Positions 39,426-49,633 of a stretch of 64,000 nt of DNA are shown here, piece by piece. This stretch comes from Candidatus Marinacidobacterales bacterium (GTDB lineage Bacteria > Acidobacteriota > Vicinamibacteria > Marinacidobacterales > SMYC01). The notes under the pieces were generated by a model, which had not been told where the DNA came from, searched no databases, and worked only from the letters and a program-made list of their open reading frames with translations. The position numbers and the translations under genes are program-made. Positions within the stretch are counted from its first letter, which is position 1. Each line of letters starts with the position of its first letter. The DNA is taken from assembly GCA_965224085.1 (NCBI GenBank), contig CBDCYI010000009.1:416001-480000 (forward strand), given 5' to 3'.

Positions 39426-39492
39426 CCTAAATGCTGCCTAAATGCTGCCTAAATGCTGCCTAAATGCTTGCCTAAATGCTGCCTAAATGCTG
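39426..39492 (+). repeat. 11-bp tandem repeat (CCTAAATGCTG)x6
   Basis: Five exact units and one with an extra T. The array ends 1 nt before ATG 39494. Confidence 0.95.
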
Positions 39493-39493
39493 A

Positions 39494-40013
39494 ATGACGT
39501 ACGTCATGGTCGACATCGAAGCCGATGGCCCCATCCCGAGCGATTACTCGATGGTCTGCCTGGGTGCGGTCGTCGTTGAGCGGACTCTCGAGCGAACGTT
39601 CTACGGCCAGCTGAAACCGATATCGGATCGCTGGAACGAGAAGGCGTTGGCGGTCAGCGGTTTCTCCCGCGAGGAGACCCCTGGCATTTGACGAACCTGA
39701 AGACGTCATGGCGCGCTTTCGCGACTGGCTCGCGGGCGTTTCTGACGGCCAACCTCGTTTCATCTCGGACAATAACGGTTTCGATTGGCAGTTCGTGAAC
39801 TGGTACTTCCATCATTTCCTCGGCGCGAACCCGTTCGGCTTCAGCTCGTCCAACCTGGGCTCGCTCTACAAGGGCGTTGTGCGCGACACGTTCAAGAACT
39901 TCAAGCACCTCAGGAAGACACGCCACACCTACCATCCTGTAGACGACGCCAAAGGAAACGCCGAGGCGCTCCTCGCCATTCGCATTCAGTTCGATCTGAA
40001 GATACGCCTCTAG
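39494..40013 (+). CDS. DEDD 3'-5' exonuclease/exoribonuclease (frameshift in the C-run near 39680)
   Basis: VDIEADG (Exo I), FISDNNGFDWQF (Exo II) and HPVDDAKGNA (Exo III) across two frames. Confidence 0.85.
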
Positions 40014-40939
40014 GCAGAATAGCGGCGAAGAAACGCACTCGCGCCCGCCGCGGTGAGCACGCACCATGCCGCGAAGAGCGCTCCGGGAAGTGCGGTCTCG
40101 GGATTGAAATGCGCGAGCGCGAGGGCGACACCAAGCCCTGCGTTCTGCATGCCGATCTCGATGGTGAGCGCGAGTCGGTGCGGGTAGTCGAAGCGATAGA
40201 GCTTCGCGAGATACCACCCCGCGACATAGCCGAGCGCGTTCACGAGCACCACGTAGCCGAACACTCGCGGGCCGACCGTCGCGATGCGCGGTTGGTTCGC
40301 TGCCACGGCGTAGGAGCAAATCACGACGATCGCAACCGCGGCGATCCCGGGGCAGAGAGACTCGGCTGCGTTTAGATGTTGGCCAAGACGGCGTCGGAGC
40401 CACATTCCCAGTAGAAGTGGCACGAGCACAGTCTGAATGATCGTGACGAAAAGAGGCCAGAACGCAACCGGCATGAAGGCTCCGCCGAGCCACTTCACGA
40501 GGCTCGGGGTCAGCAGCGGCGAGAGAAACGTCGCCACGGTCGTCATCGCGATGGAAAAGGCGAGCGAACCGCCTGCGAGATAGACGATGACGTTGCTCGC
40601 CATCGCGCCCGGGGCCGAGCCCACGATGACGAAGCCGAGAGCTATCTCCGGTGGGAGTCCGCTTTCCGAGGCCACGGTGAAGCCGAGGATCGGCATGACC
40701 GTGAATTGGGTCAAGACGCCGAGAAGAACGCGGTGCGGCGACTCGAGCGTCCGCTTTAAATCACTCGGCTCGAGCACGACGCCGAGCGCGAGCATCGTGG
40801 CGGCGAAGAACCAGAGGAAGGTGTCGGCGAAGATGAGAAAAGCGGGCGGGTACAGATAGGCGATGACAGCGCCCGCCAGCGTGAGCGGTGCGAGCTGTCG
40901 CGAAAGAGAACGAAAGAAGGACATCGCTCGCGTCGTCAC
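40010..40939 (-). CDS. Bile acid:sodium symporter (SBF) family transporter
   Basis: QFTVMP, PGAMASNVIVYLAGG and IEIGMQNAGL motifs; many TM helices. Confidence 0.92.
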   Translation of the reverse strand: MTTRAMSFFRSLSRQLAPLTLAGAVIAYLYPPAFLIFADTFLWFFAATMLALGVVLEPSDLKRTLESPHRVLLGVLTQFTVMPILGFTVASESGLPPEIALGFVIVGSAPGAMASNVIVYLAGGSLAFSIAMTTVATFLSPLLTPSLVKWLGGAFMPVAFWPLFVTIIQTVLVPLLLGMWLRRRLGQHLNAAESLCPGIAAVAIVVICSYAVAANQPRIATVGPRVFGYVVLVNALGYVAGWYLAKLYRFDYPHRLALTIEIGMQNAGLGVALALAHFNPETALPGALFAAWCVLTAAGASAFLRRYSA

Positions 40940-41042
40940 CGGTGGGACCCCCTCTGTCCCCTAAGCTCGAGACGAGCGATTCTACAAGCGCAGCATCGGT
41001 CTATCCAGCCGGCCACGCGACGGGACGGAGAGGTCAGTGCTG

Positions 41043-41321
41043 TCAGTGCCAGATTAGCGCTTCCTTCATGTCCTCGACGGCGGGATAGCGACCCGCGATG
41101 GGCTCAGCATCGACAAAGGAGACGCGCGCGATGCGGTCCGTGGTCTCTTCGCGCAGATAGATGAACCCGACAGGAAACTTGTGTGTGACGGCCGCAGCTT
41201 CGAGGGCGGCGATAGGCGCGAACTCCATGAAAGCATCGACGGGCATAGTGACTCGGATCTCGACGTCTTGTCCGACCACGTCTTGCGAATCCCCAACAAT
41301 CACGACGCACTTGAATCGCAT
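41043..41321 (-). CDS. Small hypothetical protein
   Basis: Natural-looking composition in an otherwise empty gap; no recognised motif. Confidence 0.35.
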   Translation of the reverse strand: MRFKCVVIVGDSQDVVGQDVEIRVTMPVDAFMEFAPIAALEAAAVTHKFPVGFIYLREETTDRIARVSFVDAEPIAGRYPAVEDMKEALIWH

Positions 41322-41398
41322 TAGGCGAATTGTCCCTCCAATGGTCACTTGTGATTCAGCTAACAGGTGCCTGCTGCTACTTCATAGAACATGACACA

Positions 41399-42581
41399 AT
41401 GATGCGCGTGCGTGCGGCATGGGCGGCAGCGGTGGCGATCCTTGGAATCTCTGCGCTTCCCGTGTGCGCCGAAGAGCAAAGGTCGGTTGCGGATCGTTTT
41501 CTCTATGGCGGGGAGTTCGTCTTCAATGCGTCACCCAAAGACCGGGGCTATTTCAACGAGACCGAGTACCGCCACAACCTTCTCCGGCTTTTGCGGCTAA
41601 ACATAGCACTCGAGTTTCGCGCGCACGATAAGATATCTTTTCTAACCGAGATACGCTCGGACAACTTCGATGCGCCCAAGCCTTACGCGCTCTATTTGCG
41701 CATTCGCCCTTGGGCCGAGCGCGAGCTCGACGTCCAAGTCGGGCGCATTCCGCCTGTCTTTGGAGCCTTCGCTAGACGTCGCTACAACATGGATAACCCG
41801 CATCGGCTCGCCCCTCGCCTATCAATATCCCACGACGCTCCGGGCCAATGCCGCGCCAGAAATTCTCGATCAAGTCCTCGCGCAGCGCGGACACAACGTC
41901 ATCGCGCATTATCCAATTGGGGACAGAAGTGTGAAGGCGGGCCTGCCCCTCGTGAACCCTCTGAAGTGGGATACTGGGGTCCAAGCCAGACTCGGCCGCG
42001 ACCCGTGGCAGCTCGCTCTCGCGCTGACCCAAGGGACGCCCGGGAACCCGCGCGTTCGCGACGACAACTCGGGAAAACAGCTCGCCGGCCGACTCGCGTG
42101 GCGGCCCTTTTTTGGGTGGACCCTCGGTACTTCTTTTGCGCGCGGCGAATATGTGGCGGACGAGGTCTATGCGGCGGTGGACGGCGAGCTCGAGCCAGGG
42201 CATCAGAGCTCCTGGGGCCTCGACACGGAATATTCCGTCGGCCATTTCGTGCTACGCGCCGAAGCGATCTGGAGCCACTTCGAAATGCCGACACTCGATT
42301 CGGGCGCGCTCGGCGCCTTTGGAGGCTTGATCGAAGCCAGCTACAAGCTCTCGCCCGGGCTCTTCGTGGCCGCTCGCGTGGACCACATGCGCCATGACCG
42401 GGTTGAAGGAACGGACGGCCCGATTCGTTGGGAGTCACCGATAACGAGGATCGAAGCGGGTATCGGCTATTACTTCCACCGCCACGTCTTGGCGAAAGCT
42501 TCCTTTCAATACAACGAACGAGATTCCGGGCGTGTGAGGGCGCGCGGTATCCCGGCGGTGCAGCTCTTGTTCTGGTTCTGA
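41399..42581 (+). CDS. Putative outer-membrane beta-barrel/porin (frameshift near 41797)
   Basis: Signal peptide, VQVGRIPPVFGAF, alternating beta-strand patterns and terminal VQLLFWF. ORFs 41330 and 41670 join at DNP(L)IGSP. Confidence 0.7.
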
Positions 42582-42583
42582 AG

Positions 42584-43246
42584 ATGTCTATCTGCTTCAT
42601 GGTCTTGTGGCTGCTCGCAAGAGGTGTCTCGGCTGACGCGGCTCGCGTTCAAAGTGTCGGTGCCCTGACCGGCCGCGTCGAAGTGCGGCTCGCGTCGAAG
42701 GCGCCACGCGCGCTGCCATCGGTTCGCGAGCTCGGGACACCGGAGCGACGAGGGCGTCCGGACCGGGGCCGCAGCGTCGTTTACTTGGAGACCGCGCCGC
42801 AGGGAGCGTTCGAGGTCCCGCCACCTCGCCGCGCGGTGATGGATCAACGCGAAGAGACTTTCGTCCCTTACGCGCTCCCCGTCACCGTTGGCACGACGGT
42901 GGAGTTTCCGAATAGCGACCCCATCTACCACAACGTGTTCTCGTTCTCGAAGGCGAAGCGCTTCGACCTCGGGCGCTACCCCGAAGGCCGTACCAAGACG
43001 CTGCGCTTCGACCGGCCGGGTATCGTGCGCGTTTTCTGCGAGATCCACTCGCACATGAGTGCTTTCATTCTCGTCTTCTCGCATCGGTACTACGCTTCCA
43101 CCGACGTAGAGGGGCGGTACAGGATCGACGGGGTGCCGCTCGGGGAGTACGATGTGGTCGTGTGGACGGACGGCCAGGTTCGCGGGTCTCGGTCCGTTAC
43201 GATCGGCTCCGGTGGGGCGGTGACCTTGGACTTCGTCGTGGAGTGA
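42584..43246 (+). CDS. Cupredoxin-like exported protein with carboxypeptidase-regulatory-like C-terminus
   Basis: VEFPNSDPIYHNVFS and VFCEIHSHM (His...Cys-x2-His-x2-Met) motifs; GRYRIDGVPLGEY. Confidence 0.8.
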   Translation: MSICFMVLWLLARGVSADAARVQSVGALTGRVEVRLASKAPRALPSVRELGTPERRGRPDRGRSVVYLETAPQGAFEVPPPRRAVMDQREETFVPYALPVTVGTTVEFPNSDPIYHNVFSFSKAKRFDLGRYPEGRTKTLRFDRPGIVRVFCEIHSHMSAFILVFSHRYYASTDVEGRYRIDGVPLGEYDVVVWTDGQVRGSRSVTIGSGGAVTLDFVVE

Positions 43247-43249
43247 GCT

Positions 43250-44890
43250 CTGGTAAAAGCGCTTTCGTCTCTCGAGAACCGCGTTTTTCTCGCCTGCGCT
43301 TTCGTCGCAGTGCTTTCGATCGCGGTCGGGACGCACTTCGTCACCGTGCGGGTCTCTTCCGAAGCCGAAGCCGACCTTCGCCGCGGTCTCGAGGAGGCCG
43401 CGGAGCTTCTGAGCGACCACCACGCCTCCCGCACCGAGACCCTCACGCGTATGGCTTGGTTGATTGCCGATTTGCCCAAGCTGAAAGCGGCCGTCGCCAC
43501 CGGCGACGCGCCGACCGTGTTGCCCGTTGCTGCCGAGTACCGTGAGCGGGTGGGTTCGGACGTTATGATGATCCGCGACGGCGAGGGGCGCGTGCTCGCC
43601 TCGCTTGGAACGGAGGCCGCTGCCGCGTGGGACGAAGGCGCAATCTTTCAAAATACCGCCGCGGGTGTCCTTCAGATCGTGACCGTGCCCATCACGATTG
43701 GTCTCGAGCCTACCGAAGAGTTGGGTATCTTTGAGCCTCGGCTTCTTCCTGAACGACGAGCTCGCGCGCCAGCTCGGCGAGCTCACGCAGAGCGACGTCG
43801 TGCTACGCTCGGATGAGCGCGTCATCGCTACGACGGCTACGACCCTCGCTGAGATCGTCGAGGGCGAAGACTACGTCTCGGTGGCGGTGCCACTCGTCGA
43901 GGACGGTCCGGTCGCGACGCTCTTGCGTTCCCGGGAGGAACGTCTTTCGTTTCTCTCCGCGTTCCGAGAAGGGCTGTTGCTCTCGGCGCTCTTCGGCGTC
44001 CTTCTTGCGATCGTGCTCAGTTACGGCGTGGCACGGACGGTGACGCGGCCGCTTCTCGCCATCACCGAAGCCATGAGCGAGATGACATCCACCGGCGACT
44101 TGGCGCGCAAGATCGAGCTTCGGGGACGGTGGATTGACGCGGACGCTACCGTTCTCGCCCGCGCCTTCAACCGCCTCACGGAGTCGATCGCCCGCTTTCA
44201 GCGTGAGGCCGCTTCTAGAGAGAGGTTGTCCGCGCTCGGACGCATGTCGACAGTGATTGCGCATGAAATACGCAATCCGTTGATGATCATCAAGGCGTCG
44301 GTGCGGAGCTTCCGCCGGGCGAAAGGCATGGATGAGGACGTTCTCGAAGCCGCGGACGACATCGACCATGAGGTCGCGCGAATCGATCGTATCGTGGGAG
44401 ACGTTTTGGATTTTGCGCGGCCGCTGCGGCTCGACCTCCAGCCCACCGATGTTAACGCGGTGTGCCGGAGAGCGGCCCAGTCCGTCGTTGTGGGCGAGAA
44501 GGCGCCGCGGCTCGCGCTCCAGCTCGACGAGGAGCTTCCCGAGATCGTGACCGACGGCGAGCGCCTCGGCATGGCTCTCGTCAACGTGCTCGCGAACGCC
44601 CGCGACGCTGTCGTCGGCCGGTCCGGAAACGGGGGCTCCGACATCGAGCTCAAGACCGAATGCTCGGGAAAGGACGCGGTAGCCATCGTGGTGCGCGACC
44701 ACGGTGTTGGAATTGCCCAGCAGGATTTACCCAAGATCTTCGAGCCTTATTTCACTGGCAAGCGAACCGGGACAGGCCTCGGTCTTGCCATCACGAAGAA
44801 CATCATCGAATCGCTTGGAGGAACCGTCACTGCCGAAGCAATGCCACCGACGGCACCGAGATCCGATTCGACCTACTTCGAGCCGAGTGA
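43250..44890 (+). CDS. HAMP sensor histidine kinase (frameshifts near 43730 and 44838; start uncertain)
   Basis: Two TM helices, HAMP, AHEIRNPL (H-box), NVLANA (N-box), DHGVGI, FEPYFT and GTGLGL. Confidence 0.88.
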
Positions 44891-44893
44891 GTC

Positions 44894-46277
44894 ATGACGA
44901 CGAGCGGCAGCATTCTCCTCGTGGATGACGAGGAGCGTATCCTCAAGAGGCTGAGCCGCGCCCTGCGCGATGACGGGCACGACGTGAGTGTGTGCGCGAG
45001 CAGCACCGAGGCGCTACGCATGTTGAACGAACGGAGCTTCGATCTGCTCGTGGTCGACCACCGCATGCCAGAGTTTTCGGGTCTCGAGCTCATTCGTGAG
45101 CTCGTCGATCTCAGTGTCAGTGTCAGTGGCTCCCCTGGGAAACGAGCGTCCGGAGATTCTCATGATGACGGCCCACGCGACTGTCGAGAACGCCATCGAA
45201 GCGATGAAGCTGGGAGCCTTCGACTACCTGCAAAAGCCTTTCGACGTAGAAGAGCTTCTCATGGTGGCAGGCCGTGCTCTCGACCACCGGAGGCTCAGGA
45301 GCGAGCATCGCTATCTGTTGAGCGAGCGTAAAGTCGAGTTCAACGATTACGGCATCGTGGGCGGAAGCCCCGCGATCCGCGGAGTGATCGAAACGCTCGA
45401 GCGGGTCGCACAATCGAAGAGCACGGTGCTCGTCACAGGCGAGACCGGAACGGGAAAAGAGCTCGCCGCCCGCGCCATCCACGACCGGAGTGCTGAGCGC
45501 GACATGCCGCTCATCAAAGTGAATTGCGCTGCCATCCCTGAGACCCTTCTCGAATCCGAGCTTTTCGGCCATGTGAAAGGTGCTTTTACGAACGCGACCA
45601 CGAACAAGAAAGGGAAATTTTCGCTCGCGCATGGAAGCTCGATCCTGCTCGATGAGATCGGTCTCATGAGTACGGAGCTCCAAGCCAAGCTTCTGCGTGT
45701 TCTGCAAGAGCGCGAGTTCGAGCCGCTGGGATCCGAGACGACGCAAAGAGTCGACGTGCGCGTTATCGCCTCGACGAACCGCGATTTGGCAAAGCTGATT
45801 GCGGAAGGGAAGTTTCACGAAGACCTCTATTACCGCTTGAGCGTCATCCCGATCGAGCTCCCGTCGCTCAGGGAGCGTCGGGAGGACATTCCGTTGCTCG
45901 TCGCTCACTTTGTCGACAAGCACCAGAGGCGCACGGGCGAGCGCATCGAGAGCATGGCCCCGGAAGTGCTCGAGTTTCTGGGAAACTATGAATGGCCCGG
46001 CAATGTGCGAGAGCTCGAGAACACCATCGAGCGCGCCGTTGTTCTCGCGGACGGTCCCGAGATCGGTCTCGCCGAGATTTCGCTGCCCGCCGCGGTAAGC
46101 GCAGCGCCCGGCGAGCTTCCCTCAGCCAAACTTCACGACAACGTTGCCTGGGTGGAGCGCGAGTCTATCCGCCGCGCGCTCGACCGCGCGAAAGGTGTCA
46201 AGAAAACCGCCGCCGAGACGCTCGGTATCAGCCAGCGCGCCCTGAGCTATTATTTGAAGAAGTTTGATTTCGACTAA
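44894..46277 (+). CDS. Sigma54-dependent NtrC-family response regulator (frameshift near 45138)
   Basis: ILLVDDE, VDHRMP, GETGTGKE, ESELFGHVKGAFTNA, WPGNVRELEN and a C-terminal HTH. Confidence 0.9.
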
Positions 46278-46311
46278 TAAGACATTCGTGAAGAAGGACC
46301 GAGGCCGACCC

Positions 46312-47661
46312 ATGAACATTCTAGGGAGCATGCTGCTCATGACCATGATGGTAGGGGTGCCCCAAGAGGGCGCGGAGGGGAAAGTCTTTCCTTACCCCAT
46401 CGACGTTCACGATTTCGACAACGGGCTGCGACTCGTTGGTGTCCAGTTCGACAGCCCGGGGCTCGCCGCGTACTACACCGTCGTGCGCGTCGGGGCGCGC
46501 CAGGAAGTCGACGAAGGCAAGAGCGGCTTCGCGCATTTCTTCGAGCACATGATGTTTCGTGGCACCGAGGCCTTCTCTGAGGAAAAGTATAACGACGTCT
46601 TGCGCGCCATCGGCGCAGATTCGAACGCCTATACGTCCTCGGATCGCACCGTCTATCACATCCTCGCGAGCTCCCGCTCGCTTCCCCGAACCATCGAGAT
46701 CGAGGCCGATCGCTTTAGGCGTTTGAAATACGAGAAAGCGCAGTTCCAGAAAGAGGCAGGTGCCGTGCTCGGGGAGTACAAAAAGAGCGCCGCCAATCCC
46801 TTCATGGGCCTCTTCGAGAAGCTCCAGGACACGGCCTATGATGTTCACCCTTATCAGCACAGGGTCATCGGCTTTCTGAAAGACATCGAAGCGATGCCGA
46901 CCCTTTACGATTACAGCCTCGAGTTCTTCGACCACTTCTACCGGCCCGAATATGTGACGCTCCTCGTTGTGGGCGACTACGATTGGGCGGAGCTCCAAAA
47001 AGACGTCGAGGAGAAATATGGCGACTGGAAGCGTGGCGGCTATGTAGCCGACATCCCAAAAGAGCCGCCGCAGAACGAACCTCGTGAAGCGATCGTCTCC
47101 TGGCCGGCGCCGACGCTCCCCATTCTCGCCATCGCTTATCGCGCGCCCGCGTTCAGCACCGACCGCATCGACATGCCCGGCCTCGATGTGCTGTCCCAAG
47201 TGCATTTCGGCTCGACCTCTCCCATCAACCAGGAGCTCGTGATCGAGAAGCAGTGGGTCGACTTCATTTCCGCGGGCGCGACAGATCAGGCGGACCCTCC
47301 GCTTTTTACCGTCCTCACGCGCGTGCGCGAGCCGGATAAGCTCGAAGAAGTTCGCGCGATGCTGCTCGCTGAAATGGAGCGCATCTCGGAAGAGCTCGCC
47401 GACAGCGACAAGCTCGAAGCGACGAAGAGCCACATGAAGTATCAGTTCCTGATGGGTCTCGATACAGCGGATTCGGTGGCCAACACCATGGCCCACTATC
47501 TCTCGCTGACCAACGACCCCGAGACCGTCAATCGGGTTTACGAGCTCTACGATTCGGTGACGGTCGAGGATGTGCGCAGCCTCGCGAAGAAATATTTTCG
47601 GCCGGAGAACCGGACGATGGTGACGTTGACACAAAGCCCCGAAGTGAAAGGTGAGGACTAG
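46312..47661 (+). CDS. M16 peptidase catalytic subunit
   Basis: GFAHFFEHMMFRGT, NAYTS and VLGE motifs. Confidence 0.92.
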   Translation: MNILGSMLLMTMMVGVPQEGAEGKVFPYPIDVHDFDNGLRLVGVQFDSPGLAAYYTVVRVGARQEVDEGKSGFAHFFEHMMFRGTEAFSEEKYNDVLRAIGADSNAYTSSDRTVYHILASSRSLPRTIEIEADRFRRLKYEKAQFQKEAGAVLGEYKKSAANPFMGLFEKLQDTAYDVHPYQHRVIGFLKDIEAMPTLYDYSLEFFDHFYRPEYVTLLVVGDYDWAELQKDVEEKYGDWKRGGYVADIPKEPPQNEPREAIVSWPAPTLPILAIAYRAPAFSTDRIDMPGLDVLSQVHFGSTSPINQELVIEKQWVDFISAGATDQADPPLFTVLTRVREPDKLEEVRAMLLAEMERISEELADSDKLEATKSHMKYQFLMGLDTADSVANTMAHYLSLTNDPETVNRVYELYDSVTVEDVRSLAKKYFRPENRTMVTLTQSPEVKGED

Positions 47662-47664
47662 ATC

Positions 47665-49161
47665 ATGCGATTCTTGGCCTTGCTCTTGACCGTGCTCGTT
47701 TTCGCGAGCGCTCGGCTCACCGTCGGCGAAGAGCGCAACACCGTTTTGCTGAATAGCCCGGGGAACCCGCTCGTGAGCTTTCGCCTCGTCTTCCACGTCG
47801 GCTCGAGCCAGGACCCGCCGGGAAAAGAAGGCCTCGCGGCGCTCACATCGCTCATGTTGAGCCAAGGCGGCACGGAAGAGCTTTCGCTGACCGAGGTCAT
47901 GGAGGCTCTCTATCCAATGGCCGCGGGTGTCTCGGCGCAGCCCGACAAAGAAGTGACGACCTTCATCGGGCGCGCCCATCGCGATCACTTGGAGCAGTTT
48001 TTCTCGATCTTCCGCGAGCGGATTCAAAAGCCGCGCTTCGATCCGGCGGATTTCGAGCGGAACAAGAATCAGCTGCTCAACTTCCTCACCAAATCCCTTC
48101 GAAGCGCCAATGACGAAGAGCTCGGAAAGCAATCGCTCGAATGGGTGATGTATGAAGGCCATCCCTACCGCCACCCCGTACAAGGAACGGTGCAGGGTGT
48201 CGAGTCGTTAACACTCGACGACGTGAAGGCGTTCTACCGCGAGCGCTACACTTTCGAGAATCTTCAAATCGGTCTCGCTGGCGATTTTCCCGAGGGCTTC
48301 CCGGAGCGCGTCCGCGACGACTTCAAAAACGCGCTTCCGTCGAGCGCTACAAAGGCGGCCCTTCTTTTTAAAGTGGCGCGCGGAAAAGGGCTCGATGTGA
48401 CCATCGTCGAGCGCGACGGGGCGGATTCCACCGCTGTCAGCCTAGGCTTTCCCATCGACCTCACGCGGGCCGACGACGATTTCTATCCGCTTCTGGTCGC
48501 GAACATCTACCTAGGCGATCACCGCAGCTTCAATGGGGTGCTGATGAACGAGCTCCGCGCCAAACGCGGATTGAACTATGGCGACTATTCCTATATCGAG
48601 AATTTCATCCAGGACGGAGGGAGCACGTTTCCCGTGCCGAACGTGCCGCGCCGGCAGCAATATTTCAGCATCTGGATCCGCCCGGTCGCACCCGAGAACG
48701 CGCATTTCGCTCTGCGTGGCGCCATTTTCTATTTGCGCCGCCTCGTGGAAGACGGGATGTCGGAAGATGACTTCGAAGGGATGCGCGAGTACATCATGAG
48801 CTATTCGAAGCTCTGGGCGCAGAACCTCGACCGTCGGCTCGGCTACGAGCTCGACTCGAGCTTCTATCAGACGGGCTCTTACATCCAGGAGATCGAAAAA
48901 AGGCTGCGCTCTATGACGCCGGCGGACGTCAACCGCGCGGCGAAGAAATATCTCGACCGGTGGGATTTCGACGTGGCGATGGTGGCCGCGAGCACTGGAC
49001 CTCTCGCGGAGGCGGTTCGCGCCAACGCGAAAAGCCCCATCACGTATCAGACACCGGGAACGGCCGAAGAGGTGCTCGCGGAAGACAAATCGATCGAAGT
49101 GCTCGAGCTTCCCATCGACAACGTCCGCGTGGTCCCAGTCGCGGAGTTGTTCGAGAAATAA
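47665..49161 (+). CDS. M16 family non-catalytic subunit
   Basis: GKEGLAALTSLML (no HXXEH) and LMNELRAKRGLNYG motifs; signal peptide. Confidence 0.9.
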   Translation: MRFLALLLTVLVFASARLTVGEERNTVLLNSPGNPLVSFRLVFHVGSSQDPPGKEGLAALTSLMLSQGGTEELSLTEVMEALYPMAAGVSAQPDKEVTTFIGRAHRDHLEQFFSIFRERIQKPRFDPADFERNKNQLLNFLTKSLRSANDEELGKQSLEWVMYEGHPYRHPVQGTVQGVESLTLDDVKAFYRERYTFENLQIGLAGDFPEGFPERVRDDFKNALPSSATKAALLFKVARGKGLDVTIVERDGADSTAVSLGFPIDLTRADDDFYPLLVANIYLGDHRSFNGVLMNELRAKRGLNYGDYSYIENFIQDGGSTFPVPNVPRRQQYFSIWIRPVAPENAHFALRGAIFYLRRLVEDGMSEDDFEGMREYIMSYSKLWAQNLDRRLGYELDSSFYQTGSYIQEIEKRLRSMTPADVNRAAKKYLDRWDFDVAMVAASTGPLAEAVRANAKSPITYQTPGTAEEVLAEDKSIEVLELPIDNVRVVPVAELFEK

Positions 49162-49334
49162 TAAGAACGGCAATCGTCACCTCAGCCGGACGGGCTGGCT
49201 CTCCTCGTCCGCTGGCGTCCACTCGACGTGAGCATTCTGTGCGCGGCGGCGTTGACGCGCGCCGTCGTCTTTCTCTACCTCATCGTCGAGAACGTGCCAC
49301 AGGGTTGAGCCTGCTCCACAGATACAAGAACGGT

Positions 49335-49440
49335 CGCGTCGCTCGTGCTCCCCGGCTCGGTGACGCCTGGACAGCCGACGATGAACGGCATAAGGAGCGA
49401 CTCTTCGTACATCCAGCGCATGTCGAACCAGCCGATGGCG
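49335..49440 (-). pseudogene. Sulfatase internal fragment
   Basis: The minus strand reads GWFDMRWMYEESLLMPFIVGCPGVTEPGS, resembling the sulfatase motif GWFDKRxMYEESLRMPFIVRWPG. Confidence 0.6.
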
Positions 49441-49467
49441 CTCTTTCTCACCGAGGCTATTGCGGCC

Positions 49468-49633
49468 CTAGTCCCCTGGAACAGAGATTCGTAACCTAAA
49501 TCTCGGGCCCTTTTGCGCGCTGGCTGCGTTGTTTCTCCTCGAAATATCCCAATATGACTTCGTCGTCAACGCCTTGCCAGCCCACAAAATGACCTCGAGC
49601 TTTAGGCCACGAACCTCTGTTCCAGGGGACTAG
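49468..49633. mobile_element. MITE with terminal inverted repeats, bounded by CTAG
   Basis: 19-bp perfect IR CTAGTCCCCTGGAACAGAG (49468-86) / CTCTGTTCCAGGGGACTAG (49615-33), extending imperfectly to about 40 bp; no ORF. Confidence 0.8.

Noticed and set aside
39426-39492. Tandem repeat as a CRISPR array
   Set aside because: The units are 11 bp and contiguous, with no spacers and no cas genes.
45111-45128. TCAGTG x3 as the cause of the regulator frameshift (phase variation)
   Set aside because: The 6-bp unit preserves frame, and the shift is better explained by one extra G in the GGG run near 45138.
46321-48183. 620-aa antisense ORF (also 29136-30353, 7684-8880, 13319-14305, 37731-38738, 42506-43825)
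   Set aside because: These are shadow ORFs opposite well-supported genes, expected from GC-rich codon bias, and show no motifs.
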